Shown here: positions 45,662 to 55,392 of the stretch, one piece after another
Layout of the letters: every line of letters begins with the position of its first letter
Position numbering within the stretch: position 1 is the first letter of the stretch
Source of the DNA: Planctomycetota bacterium
GTDB lineage: Bacteria; Planctomycetota; UBA1135; UBA2386
DNA: 64,000 nucleotides
Assembly: GCA_965228735.1 (NCBI GenBank)
Contig: OZ245838.1
Coordinates: 4,192,001 to 4,256,000, forward strand
Direction: 5' to 3'
Made by a program: the position numbers and the translations under genes
Notes under the pieces: generated by a model
Database searches by the model: none
Seen by the model: only the letters and a program-made list of their open reading frames with translations
What the model was told of the DNA's origin: nothing

Positions 45662-45724
45662 GGATCATGAACACCGGTTGCAGGATCGCGATCATCGGTT
45701 GACGGATCACGATCATCGGTTGAC
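45662..45724. repeat. Three tandem 21-bp direct repeats
   Basis: GGATCATGAACACCGGTTGCA / GGATCGCGATCATCGGTTGAC / GGATCACGATCATCGGTTGAC. Confidence 0.85.
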
Positions 45725-45753
45725 CGGGCGGCGTCCGCCTGGACAACCGTGGC

Positions 45754-46584
45754 ATGCCGGAGCTGATCGAGTCGTCGTTGCCGATCCAGGCAGGCACGCT
45801 GGTGCTGACGTTGCTGTTGTGCCTCGTGCCGCACCTGGCGCGGCGTGGGCGCACCGTCGTGGCCGTGTTGCTCGCGCTGCCGGCCCTCGGCCTGCTCGTC
45901 GACGTGGTGGCACTCGACCACTCGGGCACGAACGTGGTCGAGGTCGTCAACGTGTTCGGCCGCGCGCCAGAGGGGGAGCCGCACATCTGGGTCACGGACA
46001 CGGTCGAGGCGGCTGCGTGGGCGTGGCACGTCGCGGCCGCGATCCTGCTCGCGTCGGCGGCGATCGTCGTGCTCGCGCTGCGCGGTCGCCCGACCGGGAC
46101 ACCGCGGCCGGTGCTGTTCGGCGCGGTGATCTTCGCGTTCTTCACCGCGGGCCGCCTCGCGCTCGAGGCCACCGGCGCGCACCAACCGATCGCCTGGGGG
46201 TTCAGCGCCAATACGGCGCTGCTCGTAGTGTTGCCGTTCTTCGGTTTCTGGTGCGCGCGGCGCGGCACACGACCCGGGAGCTACGTGGCGAAGCTCGCGC
46301 TGCTGGGGCTCGCGCAACGCATCCCGCTGATCGCGGCCGGCTGGGTGGCGACGACGTACGAACTCGGGACGCACCTCGACACCGGCGTGATCACCGACGT
46401 GATGATCCCGGGCCTCGGCAACTTCGAGCTCGCGACACCGACGGAACGCTGGTTCTACCCGACGCTGATCCCGCAGCTCACCGTCTGGGTCGTCATGACC
46501 GTGCTGTTCGGCGCCGTGCTCTCGATCCTGCCGTACTGGCTCGCGAGTCGCGGCGACCGCACATCGGACCAGAAGAAGGTGTAG
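45754..46584 (+). CDS. Multi-pass membrane hypothetical protein
   Basis: About 7 hydrophobic segments; closely linked to the next two genes. Confidence 0.7.
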   Translation: MPELIESSLPIQAGTLVLTLLLCLVPHLARRGRTVVAVLLALPALGLLVDVVALDHSGTNVVEVVNVFGRAPEGEPHIWVTDTVEAAAWAWHVAAAILLASAAIVVLALRGRPTGTPRPVLFGAVIFAFFTAGRLALEATGAHQPIAWGFSANTALLVVLPFFGFWCARRGTRPGSYVAKLALLGLAQRIPLIAAGWVATTYELGTHLDTGVITDVMIPGLGNFELATPTERWFYPTLIPQLTVWVVMTVLFGAVLSILPYWLASRGDRTSDQKKV

Positions 46585-46587
46585 ACC

Positions 46588-47289
46588 GTGGAACCGGGAA
46601 TGATCGTCCTGCTCGTCATCGGCGGGCTCATCGTCATCGGCATCGGCGCCTACCTGTCGTGGAAGGCGGAGCAGAAGCGACGCGCCGAGCTCGCCGCCTT
46701 CGCGCAGAGGCACGGCCTGCGGTTCGACCCGGGCCACGACTCGTCGCACGACGACGAGTATGCGCAGTTCGAGATCTTCCGGCGGGGACACTCGCGCGTC
46801 GCGCGCAACACGATCTCGGGCCGGGTCGATCTGTTCGATCGGTCGTGCCGGCTCGTGGGCGGGGACTTCCGCTACAAGGTCACGTCCAGCAACGGCAAGC
46901 AGACGACGACGACGACCTACAACTTCAGCTACCTCATCGTGCACCCGCCGTGGGACACGCCCGCGCTGCTGATCCGGCCCGAGGGGTTCTTCGACAAGGT
47001 CGCCGGCGCATTCGGATTCGACGACATCGATTTCGAGTCGGCCGAGTTCAGCCGCAAGTTCTACGTCAAGTCGACGGACAAGCGGTTCGCCTACGACGTC
47101 GTGCACCCGCGGATGATGGAGTTCCTGCTCGCCGCGCGGCCGCCGATGATCGACATCGAGGACGGCGCGCTCTGCCTCGGCGGCGGCAAGAAGCGCTGGC
47201 CGCCCGCAGAGTTCGAGGCCCGGCTCGAACTGGTGCGGAAGTTCTGCGAGCTGTGGCCGCGCCATCTCGTGCGCGATCTCGACTCGTGA
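46588..47289 (+). CDS. Membrane-anchored hypothetical protein (LemA-associated, DUF3137-like)
   Basis: N-terminal TM; DIDFESAEFSRKFYVKSTDKRFAYDVVHPRMMEFL. Confidence 0.75.
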   Translation: MEPGMIVLLVIGGLIVIGIGAYLSWKAEQKRRAELAAFAQRHGLRFDPGHDSSHDDEYAQFEIFRRGHSRVARNTISGRVDLFDRSCRLVGGDFRYKVTSSNGKQTTTTTYNFSYLIVHPPWDTPALLIRPEGFFDKVAGAFGFDDIDFESAEFSRKFYVKSTDKRFAYDVVHPRMMEFLLAARPPMIDIEDGALCLGGGKKRWPPAEFEARLELVRKFCELWPRHLVRDLDS

Positions 47290-47326
47290 GGAACTGCGGT
47301 GACGACGCGGTAGAGTCCTGACCCGC

Positions 47327-47884
47327 ATGGAAGTCCTCCTGATCGTCGGCGGCGTCCTCCTGATCCCCGTGATCTGGTGGATCGTGATCTACAACCGCTT
47401 CGTGCGTCTGCGTCACGCGCTGAAGGAGAGCTGGGCCGACATCGACGTCGAGCTCAAGCGGCGTTACGACCTGATCCCCAACCTCGTCGAGACGGTCAAG
47501 GGCTACGCCAAGCATGAGGCCGACGTGCTCGAACGCGTCACGGAGATGCGCAACAAGGCGCAGGGCAACCACGGTTCGGCCGGGTCGCAAGCGCGCGACG
47601 AGAACGCGCTCGCCGTGTCGATGAAGTCGCTGTTCGCCGTCGCGGAGAACTACCCCGACCTCAAGGCCGACGCGCACTTCCTCGCGCTGCAGGAAGAACT
47701 CGGCATCACCGAGGATCGGATCGCCGCGGCCCGCCGGTTCTTCAACGGCAACGTGCGCGACATGCGCAACCTGCGGGAGTCGTTTCCCACGAGCATCGTC
47801 GGCTCGGCGATGGGTATCGAAGAACCGACGTTCTTCGAGCTCGAGGACGACAACGAGCGGACCGCGCCGCGCGTGCGGGTCTGA
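47327..47884 (+). CDS. lemA: LemA family protein
   Basis: YNRFVRLR...WADIDVELKRRYDLIPNLVETVKGYAKHE, AVAENYPDLKA, EDRIAAARRFFN. Confidence 0.95.
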   Translation: MEVLLIVGGVLLIPVIWWIVIYNRFVRLRHALKESWADIDVELKRRYDLIPNLVETVKGYAKHEADVLERVTEMRNKAQGNHGSAGSQARDENALAVSMKSLFAVAENYPDLKADAHFLALQEELGITEDRIAAARRFFNGNVRDMRNLRESFPTSIVGSAMGIEEPTFFELEDDNERTAPRVRV

Positions 47885-47910
47885 GCCGGAGCGCTGCCGG
47901 AATACGGGTT

Positions 47911-48261
47911 TCAGAGGCCGGTGATCCGGCGCGCCGTGAACTCGGCGACCCGCTCGTTCTTCACCGTGATGCCTTCGTCACGCAGCAGCTTCGCCTGCTG
48001 CCGCGCGGCCGTGGTTCCGGGTCGGGCCAGGCGGCCGCGCGCATCGACGACCCGCCACCACGGCACGTCGCTGCCGGGGGGCAGCGCCGCGAGCGCCCAA
48101 CCGACGTGGCGCGCGACGTTCTTGCTGCCGAGCGCTTCCGCGACATCGCCGTAGCTCGCGACCGCGCCCTCGGGCACGCGCCGCACTGCCTCGTGCACCG
48201 CCGCGTGGAATCCCGGGCCGACGATGCGGTGCGGGCCGTGGCGTTCGGGCTCGTAGGGCAT
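47911..48261 (-). CDS. atl: Alkyltransferase-like (ATL/YbaZ) DNA base-flipping protein
   Basis: VPEGAVASYGDVA, ARHVGWAL, PWWRVV (Trp in place of the Ogt active-site Cys). Confidence 0.88.
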   Translation of the reverse strand: MPYEPERHGPHRIVGPGFHAAVHEAVRRVPEGAVASYGDVAEALGSKNVARHVGWALAALPPGSDVPWWRVVDARGRLARPGTTAARQQAKLLRDEGITVKNERVAEFTARRITGL

Positions 48262-48313
48262 GCCGGGATCATGCTGGCTTGACCCCGCCCCGCGCCACCC
48301 TTTCGATCCTGCG

Positions 48314-50332
48314 GTGAGCGACGCTGCGAAGACCCGGGCCCGGCTGCAGGAACTGCGCGAGCGGATCCGCGCCGCGGACGAGCTCTACTACAACCGGGGG
48401 CAGAGCGACGTCACGGATCAGGAGTACGACGAGTGGTTCGGGGAGCTGCGCAAGCTCGAGAATCAGAACCCCGACCTCGTGACCGCCGATTCGCCGACCC
48501 AGCGTGTCGGTGCACCGCTGCCGAAGGGTGGCAAGTTCGAGACTCACGAACACCTCGCGCCGATGGGCAGCCTCGAGTCGCTGCACACCAGTGACGAGGT
48601 CCGCGACTTTGCGCGGCGCGCAGCCAAGCTGCTCGGCGATGCGGAACAGGAGCTCGTGTGGAGCTGCGAACCCAAGCTCGACGGCACGAGCGCGAATCTG
48701 CTCTACGAGAACGGCCGGCTCGTGCGCGGCCTGTCGCGCGGCGACGGCAGCAGCGGCGAGGACCTCACGCGCAACCTCAAGACGATCCGCAACCTGCCGC
48801 TCGCACTCGGCGGCGAGGGCCCGTTCCCGAGCCGGATCGAGATCCGCGGCGAGGTGATCATGCAGACGGCCGCGTTCCGGCGGCTGCAGGAGCGGGAGGA
48901 GACGAGCAGTGAAGGCACGTTCCGCAACGCGCGCAACACGGTCGCCGGGACACTCAAGCTGCTCGACCCACGGATCGTGAAGCGGCGGCCGCTCGACTTC
49001 ATCGCGTTCGGCGTCGGCCACGTCGAGGGTATGGAGTTCGCGACGCACACGGCGCTGCGCGAGCAATTGCGCGCGTGGGGATTCACGATCGCGGAGCCGA
49101 GCGCGACGGCGAACGACATCGCCGGCGTGCTCGCGTATCGCGACGATCTCGAGGCGCGGCGCGACTCGCTCGCCTACGAACTCGACGGGATCGTCGCGAA
49201 GGTCGACGACATCGCGGATCAACAGCAGCTCGGGCGCACGTCGCGAACGCCGCGCTGGGCGCTGGCCTACAAGTTCGCGCCGCGGCTCGCGACGACGACG
49301 GTGCTCGCGATCGAGTCGCAGGTCGGCCGCACGGGCCAGGTCACCCCCGTGGCGCAGTTCGAGCCGACGGAGCTCGCCGGCGTGACGATCCGCAACGCGT
49401 CGCTGCACAACTGGGCGCTGCTCGAAGAACGCGACATTCGGGCGGGCGACACGGTCGAGATCCAGCGCGCCGGGGACGTGATTCCGGAGGTCGTGCGGGT
49501 GTTCGTCGAGAAGCGGAGCAAGGGCAGCAGGAAGACGAAGCCGCCAACGCACTGCCCGGTGTGTCAGAGCGAGCTGCAGCCCGAGGGCAAGTTCCTCTAC
49601 TGCCAGTTCCTCGACTGCCGCGCCCAGCTCAACGGTCGCATCGTGCACCTCGCGAGCCGCCGCGCGTTCGACATCGAAGGCCTCGGACCGAAGCAGGTCG
49701 AACAGCTCACCGAGGCCGGCATCGTCACGTCGCTCGAGGACGTGTTCACGCTCGGCAGCCAGCGCGAGCGCCTGCTCGAGCTCGACCGCTGGGGCGAACG
49801 CAGCACGCAGAACCTGCTCGACAATCTCGAGGCCAGCAAGAAGCCCGCCCTCGCGCGCTTCCTCAACGGCCTCGGCATTCGTCACGTCGGCGAACAGACC
49901 GCGAAGGATCTGGCACGCAACTTCGGCTCGCTCGAGCGACTGCGCGAGGCGAGCCCCGAACAGCTGCTCGCAGTCGACGGCGTCGGTGAGGAGGTCCAGC
50001 GCGCCATCCTCGACTTCTTCGCCGACGCGCGCAATGCCAAGACCCTGACCGCGCTCGCGGACGCCGGCGTGCAGCCCCAGGAGAGCGAACCGACCGCCGG
50101 CGCGCTCGACGGCCGCGTCTTCGTGTTCACCGGCGGCCTCACCTCGATGACGCGCGACGAAGCAAAAGAACGCGTCGAGCAGCACGGCGCGAGGACCGCG
50201 GGCGGCATCAGCAAGAAGGTCACCGACGTCGTCGCCGGCACGGACGCCGGCAGCAAACTCGAGAAGGCCAGGAAGCTCGAGCTCCGCATTCTCGACGAAG
50301 ACGAGTTCCAGGCACTCCTGGCCGAGCTATGA
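48314..50332 (+). CDS. ligA: NAD-dependent DNA ligase
   Basis: SPTQRVG, EPKLDG, RGDG..GEDLT, EIRGEV, PRWALAYKF, QVGRTG, zinc finger CPVC..C..C, HhH repeats, BRCT. Confidence 0.98.
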   Translation: MSDAAKTRARLQELRERIRAADELYYNRGQSDVTDQEYDEWFGELRKLENQNPDLVTADSPTQRVGAPLPKGGKFETHEHLAPMGSLESLHTSDEVRDFARRAAKLLGDAEQELVWSCEPKLDGTSANLLYENGRLVRGLSRGDGSSGEDLTRNLKTIRNLPLALGGEGPFPSRIEIRGEVIMQTAAFRRLQEREETSSEGTFRNARNTVAGTLKLLDPRIVKRRPLDFIAFGVGHVEGMEFATHTALREQLRAWGFTIAEPSATANDIAGVLAYRDDLEARRDSLAYELDGIVAKVDDIADQQQLGRTSRTPRWALAYKFAPRLATTTVLAIESQVGRTGQVTPVAQFEPTELAGVTIRNASLHNWALLEERDIRAGDTVEIQRAGDVIPEVVRVFVEKRSKGSRKTKPPTHCPVCQSELQPEGKFLYCQFLDCRAQLNGRIVHLASRRAFDIEGLGPKQVEQLTEAGIVTSLEDVFTLGSQRERLLELDRWGERSTQNLLDNLEASKKPALARFLNGLGIRHVGEQTAKDLARNFGSLERLREASPEQLLAVDGVGEEVQRAILDFFADARNAKTLTALADAGVQPQESEPTAGALDGRVFVFTGGLTSMTRDEAKERVEQHGARTAGGISKKVTDVVAGTDAGSKLEKARKLELRILDEDEFQALLAEL

Positions 50333-50478
50333 GCGACCCCACGGCCCACGAGCCCACGGAGCGCGCCGCCGCGACGCCGATCCGTCGCCGCACCGCCCCA
50401 GTGCGGCTGACCCTCATGGGCATCGCCCTCGGCCTCGCGCTCTACGCCACCTACCTCCTGATCGGCGCCCTGCCCTGA
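50329..50478 (+). CDS. Small (49 aa) single-TM protein coupled to ligA
   Basis: ATGA overlap with the ligA stop; MSDPTAHEPTERAAATPIRRRTAPVRLTLMGIALGLALYATYLLIGALP; below the ORF-track size cutoff. Confidence 0.55.
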   Translation: MSDPTAHEPTERAAATPIRRRTAPVRLTLMGIALGLALYATYLLIGALP

Positions 50479-50480
50479 AG

Positions 50481-50597
50481 TTGGCAGTACTGAACCCGCT
50501 TCGAATCCGCCACGCCCGCGTCGACGTAATCGACGTTCCTGCGGTTGGATGGCCGACCAGGCTGGTGGCGAATTCGAAGCGGGTTCAGTATCGCCAC
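50481..50597. repeat. REP doublet / REPIN-like 117-bp element, copy 2
   Basis: Arms 50481-50513 and 50565-50597; 51-nt spacer; lies between convergent genes. Confidence 0.9.
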
Positions 50598-50599
50598 CT

Positions 50600-52336
50600 T
50601 CAGCAGGTGTAGAGCCTGGTCAGGTCGATGCTGGGGAGGCGGTCGCGGAGTTCCTTGCAGCGCGAGGCCATGCGCATGGCCGTGGCGTCGTGGGGCAGGG
50701 AACGGAACGCGTGGCCGCTGGCGACGAGGACGGCTTTCGTGCGCGCGCGGGAGAGCGCGACGTTGATGCGATTGAGGGAGAGGTGGAACGCGCCGCGGCG
50801 AGAGTTCGCGTCGGGGTCGCCGGCGGTGAGTGAGACGATGACGACCTCGCGCTCCTGGCCCTGGATCCGTTCGACGGTGTCGATCGTGATCTTGTCGGCG
50901 GCGCGCAGTTGCTTCTTCTGGATCGCGGAACGCAGCAGACGGACCTGCGCGCGGAACGGCGCGATGACAGCGACGTCCGCGGGTTCGACGCCGTGTTGCC
51001 GGATCACGTCCTCGACGACGTCGGCGACGGCGTTGGCCTCCTCGGTCGAACGCTGGCCCGGCTGGCGATGGTCGATGCGCAGCCACACGACCGGCACCTC
51101 CGGCGTCAGCACTTCGTCGAGCCGGCCGCCCTCGCGGAAAGGCATGCGACGATCCGCCGCGACCTCGGCGGAACGCAGCGCGCCGTCATAGAACGACTCG
51201 CTCACGACGCGGCAGACACCGTCGTTGAGCCGGTAGCTCGTATCGAGCATGTGCGAACCGTAGTGCCGGTGCAGGTGCTCGAAGATCGACGCCGCGGCGA
51301 GCGGGTCGGCCCGCTCCGTCGACACCACGGGCGGCAGCTGCTGATGATCGCCGAACAAGAGCCACCGCTGGCTGCGCAGCATCCCGGGCATGGCGTGCGG
51401 GATCGGCAGCTGCCCCGCTTCGTCGAACACCGTGTAGTGAAACCGTTCGCTGTCGTGCAGCTTGCCGAGTTGGTAGCACGTCGAACCGACGACGACGCTC
51501 TTCTTCGGCAGCGTGACGCGCCGCGCGTCGGCGAGTCCGATGCCGGCCTCGCGCAGCTTCTGCCGCCCGTCCGTCGACGACGAGCTGAACTTGACGATGT
51601 CGAGCTCGGGCGCCAGCGCCCGGATCGCGAGCAGCGCGTTGTCGACCGCGCGGTGGGTGTAGGCGCAGACCGCGATGCGGCAGCCGGCGCGCGCGAGCAT
51701 GACCGTGATCTGCGCGAGCAGCCGCGTCTTGCCCGTGCCGGGCGGCCCCTGCACGAGCGCGAGGCTCTCCGTGCCGATCGCAAGAGCGCCCGCCTCGACC
51801 TGCGACGGGTTGAGCTCGGTCTCGGACAGCCGCTCGACCGCGCGCTGCCGCCGCCCCTCGTCGCACTTCACCTCGTGGCGCCCCGCGAGCACCTCGCTCA
51901 CGAGGTCGGATGCGAACCCGGCCCGGACGGCGTCGCGCAGCCGACCACGCAAACCCAGCGGGCGCCGGTCGACGACGTAGTCGCGCCCCGCTTCGAACTC
52001 GACCCCGAGCTCGCCACGCATGAACGGATCACGGTCGAGCCGCAGCTCGCCCTTGTTGGCGTCGTACTGGCCGTAGACGAGCGCCGCCCCACCTTCGAGG
52101 TCGACACCATCGCCGACGATGACCGTGTCCCCGGGGCGGAACTTGGACGCATTGTCCGCGACGGCGAAGTGGTGCGAGCCGTTGCGCTCGGACAGGAAGC
52201 GCGCATCGCGGATGCACTCGCCCTCGACGACACGCGCATCGACGGGCCGCAGGCGCAACTCGCGCAGCGCGCGCCGCTCGCCGAGTTCCTCGCGCGCGAG
52301 GAAGCGCAGCAGCCGTTGTTCGAGCGTAAGATCCAC
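50600..52336 (-). CDS. Superfamily 1 helicase, Dna2/Upf1(Nam7)-like
   Basis: LNPSQ, QGPPGTGKT, AYTHRAVDN, FDEAGQ, GDHQQLPP, SYRL, TVERIQGQERE, RINVALSRAR. GTG start inferred. Confidence 0.92.
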   Translation of the reverse strand: MDLTLEQRLLRFLAREELGERRALRELRLRPVDARVVEGECIRDARFLSERNGSHHFAVADNASKFRPGDTVIVGDGVDLEGGAALVYGQYDANKGELRLDRDPFMRGELGVEFEAGRDYVVDRRPLGLRGRLRDAVRAGFASDLVSEVLAGRHEVKCDEGRRQRAVERLSETELNPSQVEAGALAIGTESLALVQGPPGTGKTRLLAQITVMLARAGCRIAVCAYTHRAVDNALLAIRALAPELDIVKFSSSSTDGRQKLREAGIGLADARRVTLPKKSVVVGSTCYQLGKLHDSERFHYTVFDEAGQLPIPHAMPGMLRSQRWLLFGDHQQLPPVVSTERADPLAAASIFEHLHRHYGSHMLDTSYRLNDGVCRVVSESFYDGALRSAEVAADRRMPFREGGRLDEVLTPEVPVVWLRIDHRQPGQRSTEEANAVADVVEDVIRQHGVEPADVAVIAPFRAQVRLLRSAIQKKQLRAADKITIDTVERIQGQEREVVIVSLTAGDPDANSRRGAFHLSLNRINVALSRARTKAVLVASGHAFRSLPHDATAMRMASRCKELRDRLPSIDLTRLYTC

Positions 52337-52426
52337 GTGCCTGACCGCGGCCCCATCATGCGGGGCCGCAGCCTCGGATGGGAGGCCGAAAGTCGCAGCC
52401 CGGCCGCTCCGCACGGAAGCGCGTGA

Positions 52427-54010
52427 TCAGCGCGGCCGCGTGATCGTGAAGCCGTCGCCGTCGTTCAACTTCGCGAACTCACTCTCGTTGCGGAACACGA
52501 CGCGATACTCCACGCCAGCGACGAGATCACGCCGATCCGCCCCGCCGAACAGCACGACGACGTCCGCGGTGTCGCCGTCGCGCCCCCACGCGCAACCCGG
52601 CTGCAGCCCGACCTTGAGCGTCGGGTGACCGTCCGCGACGAGGAACACGCGCTGGTCCGCCTCCGCGAGCACGCCGACCGCGGCCGTCGAGTTCCTCACC
52701 TGGCCGATGCGCACCACGATCCCGAACTCTCCGCGCCGCGCGAACCAGTCGCGCACGTCCTTCTCCGGCGCGAGGTCACCCCACGCGACCGACTGCACGT
52801 TGACCTGCTGCAGGATCGCGTCCTCCTCCTGGATCTCGGAGTGCACGCCGAACTCGTCACGCAGCGCGATCGTCGAGTACGGGTTGGCATTGCCGAACAC
52901 GTCATCGTAGAGCCGCAGGGTCTGGCGCCTGCCGATCGTCTTCGGCATCTCCGCGTCGGCCCAGTCCCAGAACGTCGCGACGTGCGTGAGGATGCCGAAC
53001 ATCCCGGGGGAGCGGATGTCCTGACCGAGCCGGTCGTAGTTGAGTCGGCGCCAACGGCCGTCGACGAACACCTCGTTGAACGTGTGCGACGCCCACGAAC
53101 CCTTGATCTTCTCGATCGCCGCGACCGTGTCGCGCCGCAGCGCGCGGTGCCGGATGCCGCGCTTCAACAGCTCGAGCTCGCGTGGATCGTTGCTGTCGAC
53201 GATCGGGATCGTCAGCACGATACGCGTCGGGATTCGGAGCGCGCGCAGGCAACCGTTGAGGTAGGTCGCCGACGACGTGCAGCTGCCGCGCACGCCGTTC
53301 TCGAACATGCCGCGAGCGAGCATGTCGCGCTCCCACTGTTCGGCCATCCGACCGCCGTCGCCGCCGGCCGGCACGGCGCGCGCGAGGTCCTCGGGCAGGT
53401 AAGGCTTGCCGTCGTCGTCGAACGCGGTGACGAACGTCGTGAAGCTGTCGTTGTATTTTGCGTGCCGGCACAACCACTTCGACGCCTGTTCCACGAGCTG
53501 CTTGTCGTCGAGCCGACCCGCGTCGATGCCGTCCTTCTTCAAAGCCGCGAGCAGATCGCGGCGCATCTTCTTGTTCCAGTTGGAGCTCGGCCCCGGCGCG
53601 GTCCAGCGCTTCATCCTGGCCGCCCGCTGCCGCCACTTCGGATCCGCGCCGATCGTCTCCCCGACCGTGTTGAACGGATAGTGGATCACCTCGAGCTCGA
53701 CGTAGTCCGCGGTCTCGTCGAGCACGCGCGCGTCCTGGTAGTCGTCGCTCAAGAACTCGGGCGTGACGGGCCGCATCACCTGCACGACGGTCCGGATCGT
53801 GTACTGATACTCGCGGCGCTCGCGCCAGTCGCCGTCCGGCACACCATCCCCGTCGCTGTCGGCCTTGTCGGGGTCGGTGCGATACTTGTGCACCTCGTGG
53901 AAGTCCGACAACCCGTCGCGGTCACGATCGGGGTCCGCGGGCTTCTGCGTCAGCGCGGAGCCGGTGAGGAGACCGAGAACGATGAACGCAGGGAGCACAC
54001 GAGCGGTCAT
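52427..54010 (-). CDS. Secreted transglutaminase-like protein with N-terminal Ca-binding DxDxDG repeats
   Basis: DRDRDGLSD..E...TDP..DSDGDGVPD; GSCTSSA...LRALRIPTRIV; SHTFNEVFVDGRW. Confidence 0.8.
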   Translation of the reverse strand: MTARVLPAFIVLGLLTGSALTQKPADPDRDRDGLSDFHEVHKYRTDPDKADSDGDGVPDGDWRERREYQYTIRTVVQVMRPVTPEFLSDDYQDARVLDETADYVELEVIHYPFNTVGETIGADPKWRQRAARMKRWTAPGPSSNWNKKMRRDLLAALKKDGIDAGRLDDKQLVEQASKWLCRHAKYNDSFTTFVTAFDDDGKPYLPEDLARAVPAGGDGGRMAEQWERDMLARGMFENGVRGSCTSSATYLNGCLRALRIPTRIVLTIPIVDSNDPRELELLKRGIRHRALRRDTVAAIEKIKGSWASHTFNEVFVDGRWRRLNYDRLGQDIRSPGMFGILTHVATFWDWADAEMPKTIGRRQTLRLYDDVFGNANPYSTIALRDEFGVHSEIQEEDAILQQVNVQSVAWGDLAPEKDVRDWFARRGEFGIVVRIGQVRNSTAAVGVLAEADQRVFLVADGHPTLKVGLQPGCAWGRDGDTADVVVLFGGADRRDLVAGVEYRVVFRNESEFAKLNDGDGFTITRPR

Positions 54011-54030
54011 CCCGCCATCGTAGCGCGCGA

Positions 54031-55392
54031 CTACTTCTTGCGCCGACCGAAGCGCCAGCGCGGCTCGACGAGCTCGGCGTTCCAGGCATCGAACATGCGC
54101 CGCAGCTCGGCGACACGCTCTGGTGCGGCCGCCGCCAGATCCGCCGTCTCGGCCACGTCACCTTCGAGGTCGAACAACTGCGGCGACTCCATCTCGCCCT
54201 GGCGGAGCAGCTTCCAGCGACCGAGGCGCACGGCCCAGTTGTTGTCGTGGCGCCAGAACAGCGGCCGCACGACAGCCTCGCGCTCGCGCGTGACCGCGGG
54301 GAGCAGGTCCGAACCGTCCAGCGGGCGCTCGGCTGCCGGTTTCGCACCCGCGACCGCGCACGCCGTCGCCGCGATGTCGAGCGCGATCACCGGCTCGTCG
54401 ACGACCTTGCCGGCGGGCAGCGTGCCCGGCCACTGCACGAGGAACGGCACGCGGATCCCGCCCTCCCACAGCTGCCCCTTGCGCCCGCGCAGCGGCGCGT
54501 TGCTCGACGCGTTGTTGGTCGCACCGCCGTTGTCGTTCACGAAGAACAGCAGCGTGTCATCGAGGATCTCGGCGCGCTTCAGGCCGTCGAGGATCGTGCC
54601 GACCGCGCGATCGAGCGCGCGTGTCATGCCGATGAGCTTTCGGCGCTTCGGCTTGCCGACCGTGCCTGCCATGTCCTTCTCGAGCGCGTGCATCGGCGTG
54701 TGCACGGCGTTGAACGCGACGTAGAGGAAGAGCGGCGCCTCACCGCGCTCGTCGATGTAGCGCACGGTCTGCGCCGCGAGCTCGTCCGTCATGTACTCGA
54801 ACGTCTCCGGCACGACCTCGCGGTCGCGCAGGAGCCGGTTGAGCCGCGTCGGCTTCGCCATCGGATAGAACGACCGCGCGCCCTGCAGGAAGCCGAAGTA
54901 GTGGTCGAACCCGCGCGACAGCGGATGGAACTTGTCGGCGTAGCCGAGGTGCCACTTCCCGAGCGCGATCGTGCGGTAGCCGACGCCGTGCAGCATGTCG
55001 GCGAGCGTCGTCTCCTCCACGGGCAGCCCGTTCTCCTCGCTGAAGCGCGGCGGGATGTTGAGCTCGTGGCCGAAGCGCTGCTGGTATCGCCCCGTCATCA
55101 GCCCCGCGCGCGTCGGGCTGCAGACCGCGCCGGACACGTAGCCGTTGCTGAAGCGGATACCGTTCTCGGCGATCGAGTCGATGCGCGGGGTCGCGAGGTC
55201 GGTCGCGCCGTGCATCGAGAAGTCGGCGTAGCCGGCGTCGTCGCTGACGATCACGACGATGTGCGGCCGGCGCTCCGTCGGCTCGGCGTTCGTCTGCGCC
55301 AACGGCGAACTCGACAGCAACGTCGACGCGGCGAAGCTCGCCAACAGGGTGACGGTGAACGTGGGGGGACACCGGACCGTGGTCGTTCTCAT
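54031..55392 (-). CDS. Sulfatase (formylglycine type)
   Basis: PHIVVIVSDDAGY, CSPTRAGLMTGRY, GKWHLG, DNGG, LRGRKGQLWEGGIRVP. Confidence 0.95.
   Translation of the reverse strand: MRTTTVRCPPTFTVTLLASFAASTLLSSSPLAQTNAEPTERRPHIVVIVSDDAGYADFSMHGATDLATPRIDSIAENGIRFSNGYVSGAVCSPTRAGLMTGRYQQRFGHELNIPPRFSEENGLPVEETTLADMLHGVGYRTIALGKWHLGYADKFHPLSRGFDHYFGFLQGARSFYPMAKPTRLNRLLRDREVVPETFEYMTDELAAQTVRYIDERGEAPLFLYVAFNAVHTPMHALEKDMAGTVGKPKRRKLIGMTRALDRAVGTILDGLKRAEILDDTLLFFVNDNGGATNNASSNAPLRGRKGQLWEGGIRVPFLVQWPGTLPAGKVVDEPVIALDIAATACAVAGAKPAAERPLDGSDLLPAVTREREAVVRPLFWRHDNNWAVRLGRWKLLRQGEMESPQLFDLEGDVAETADLAAAAPERVAELRRMFDAWNAELVEPRWRFGRRKK

Noticed and set aside
45173..45724. Prophage or integrated plasmid
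   Set aside because: No integrase, Rep, terminase, structural genes or att sites nearby
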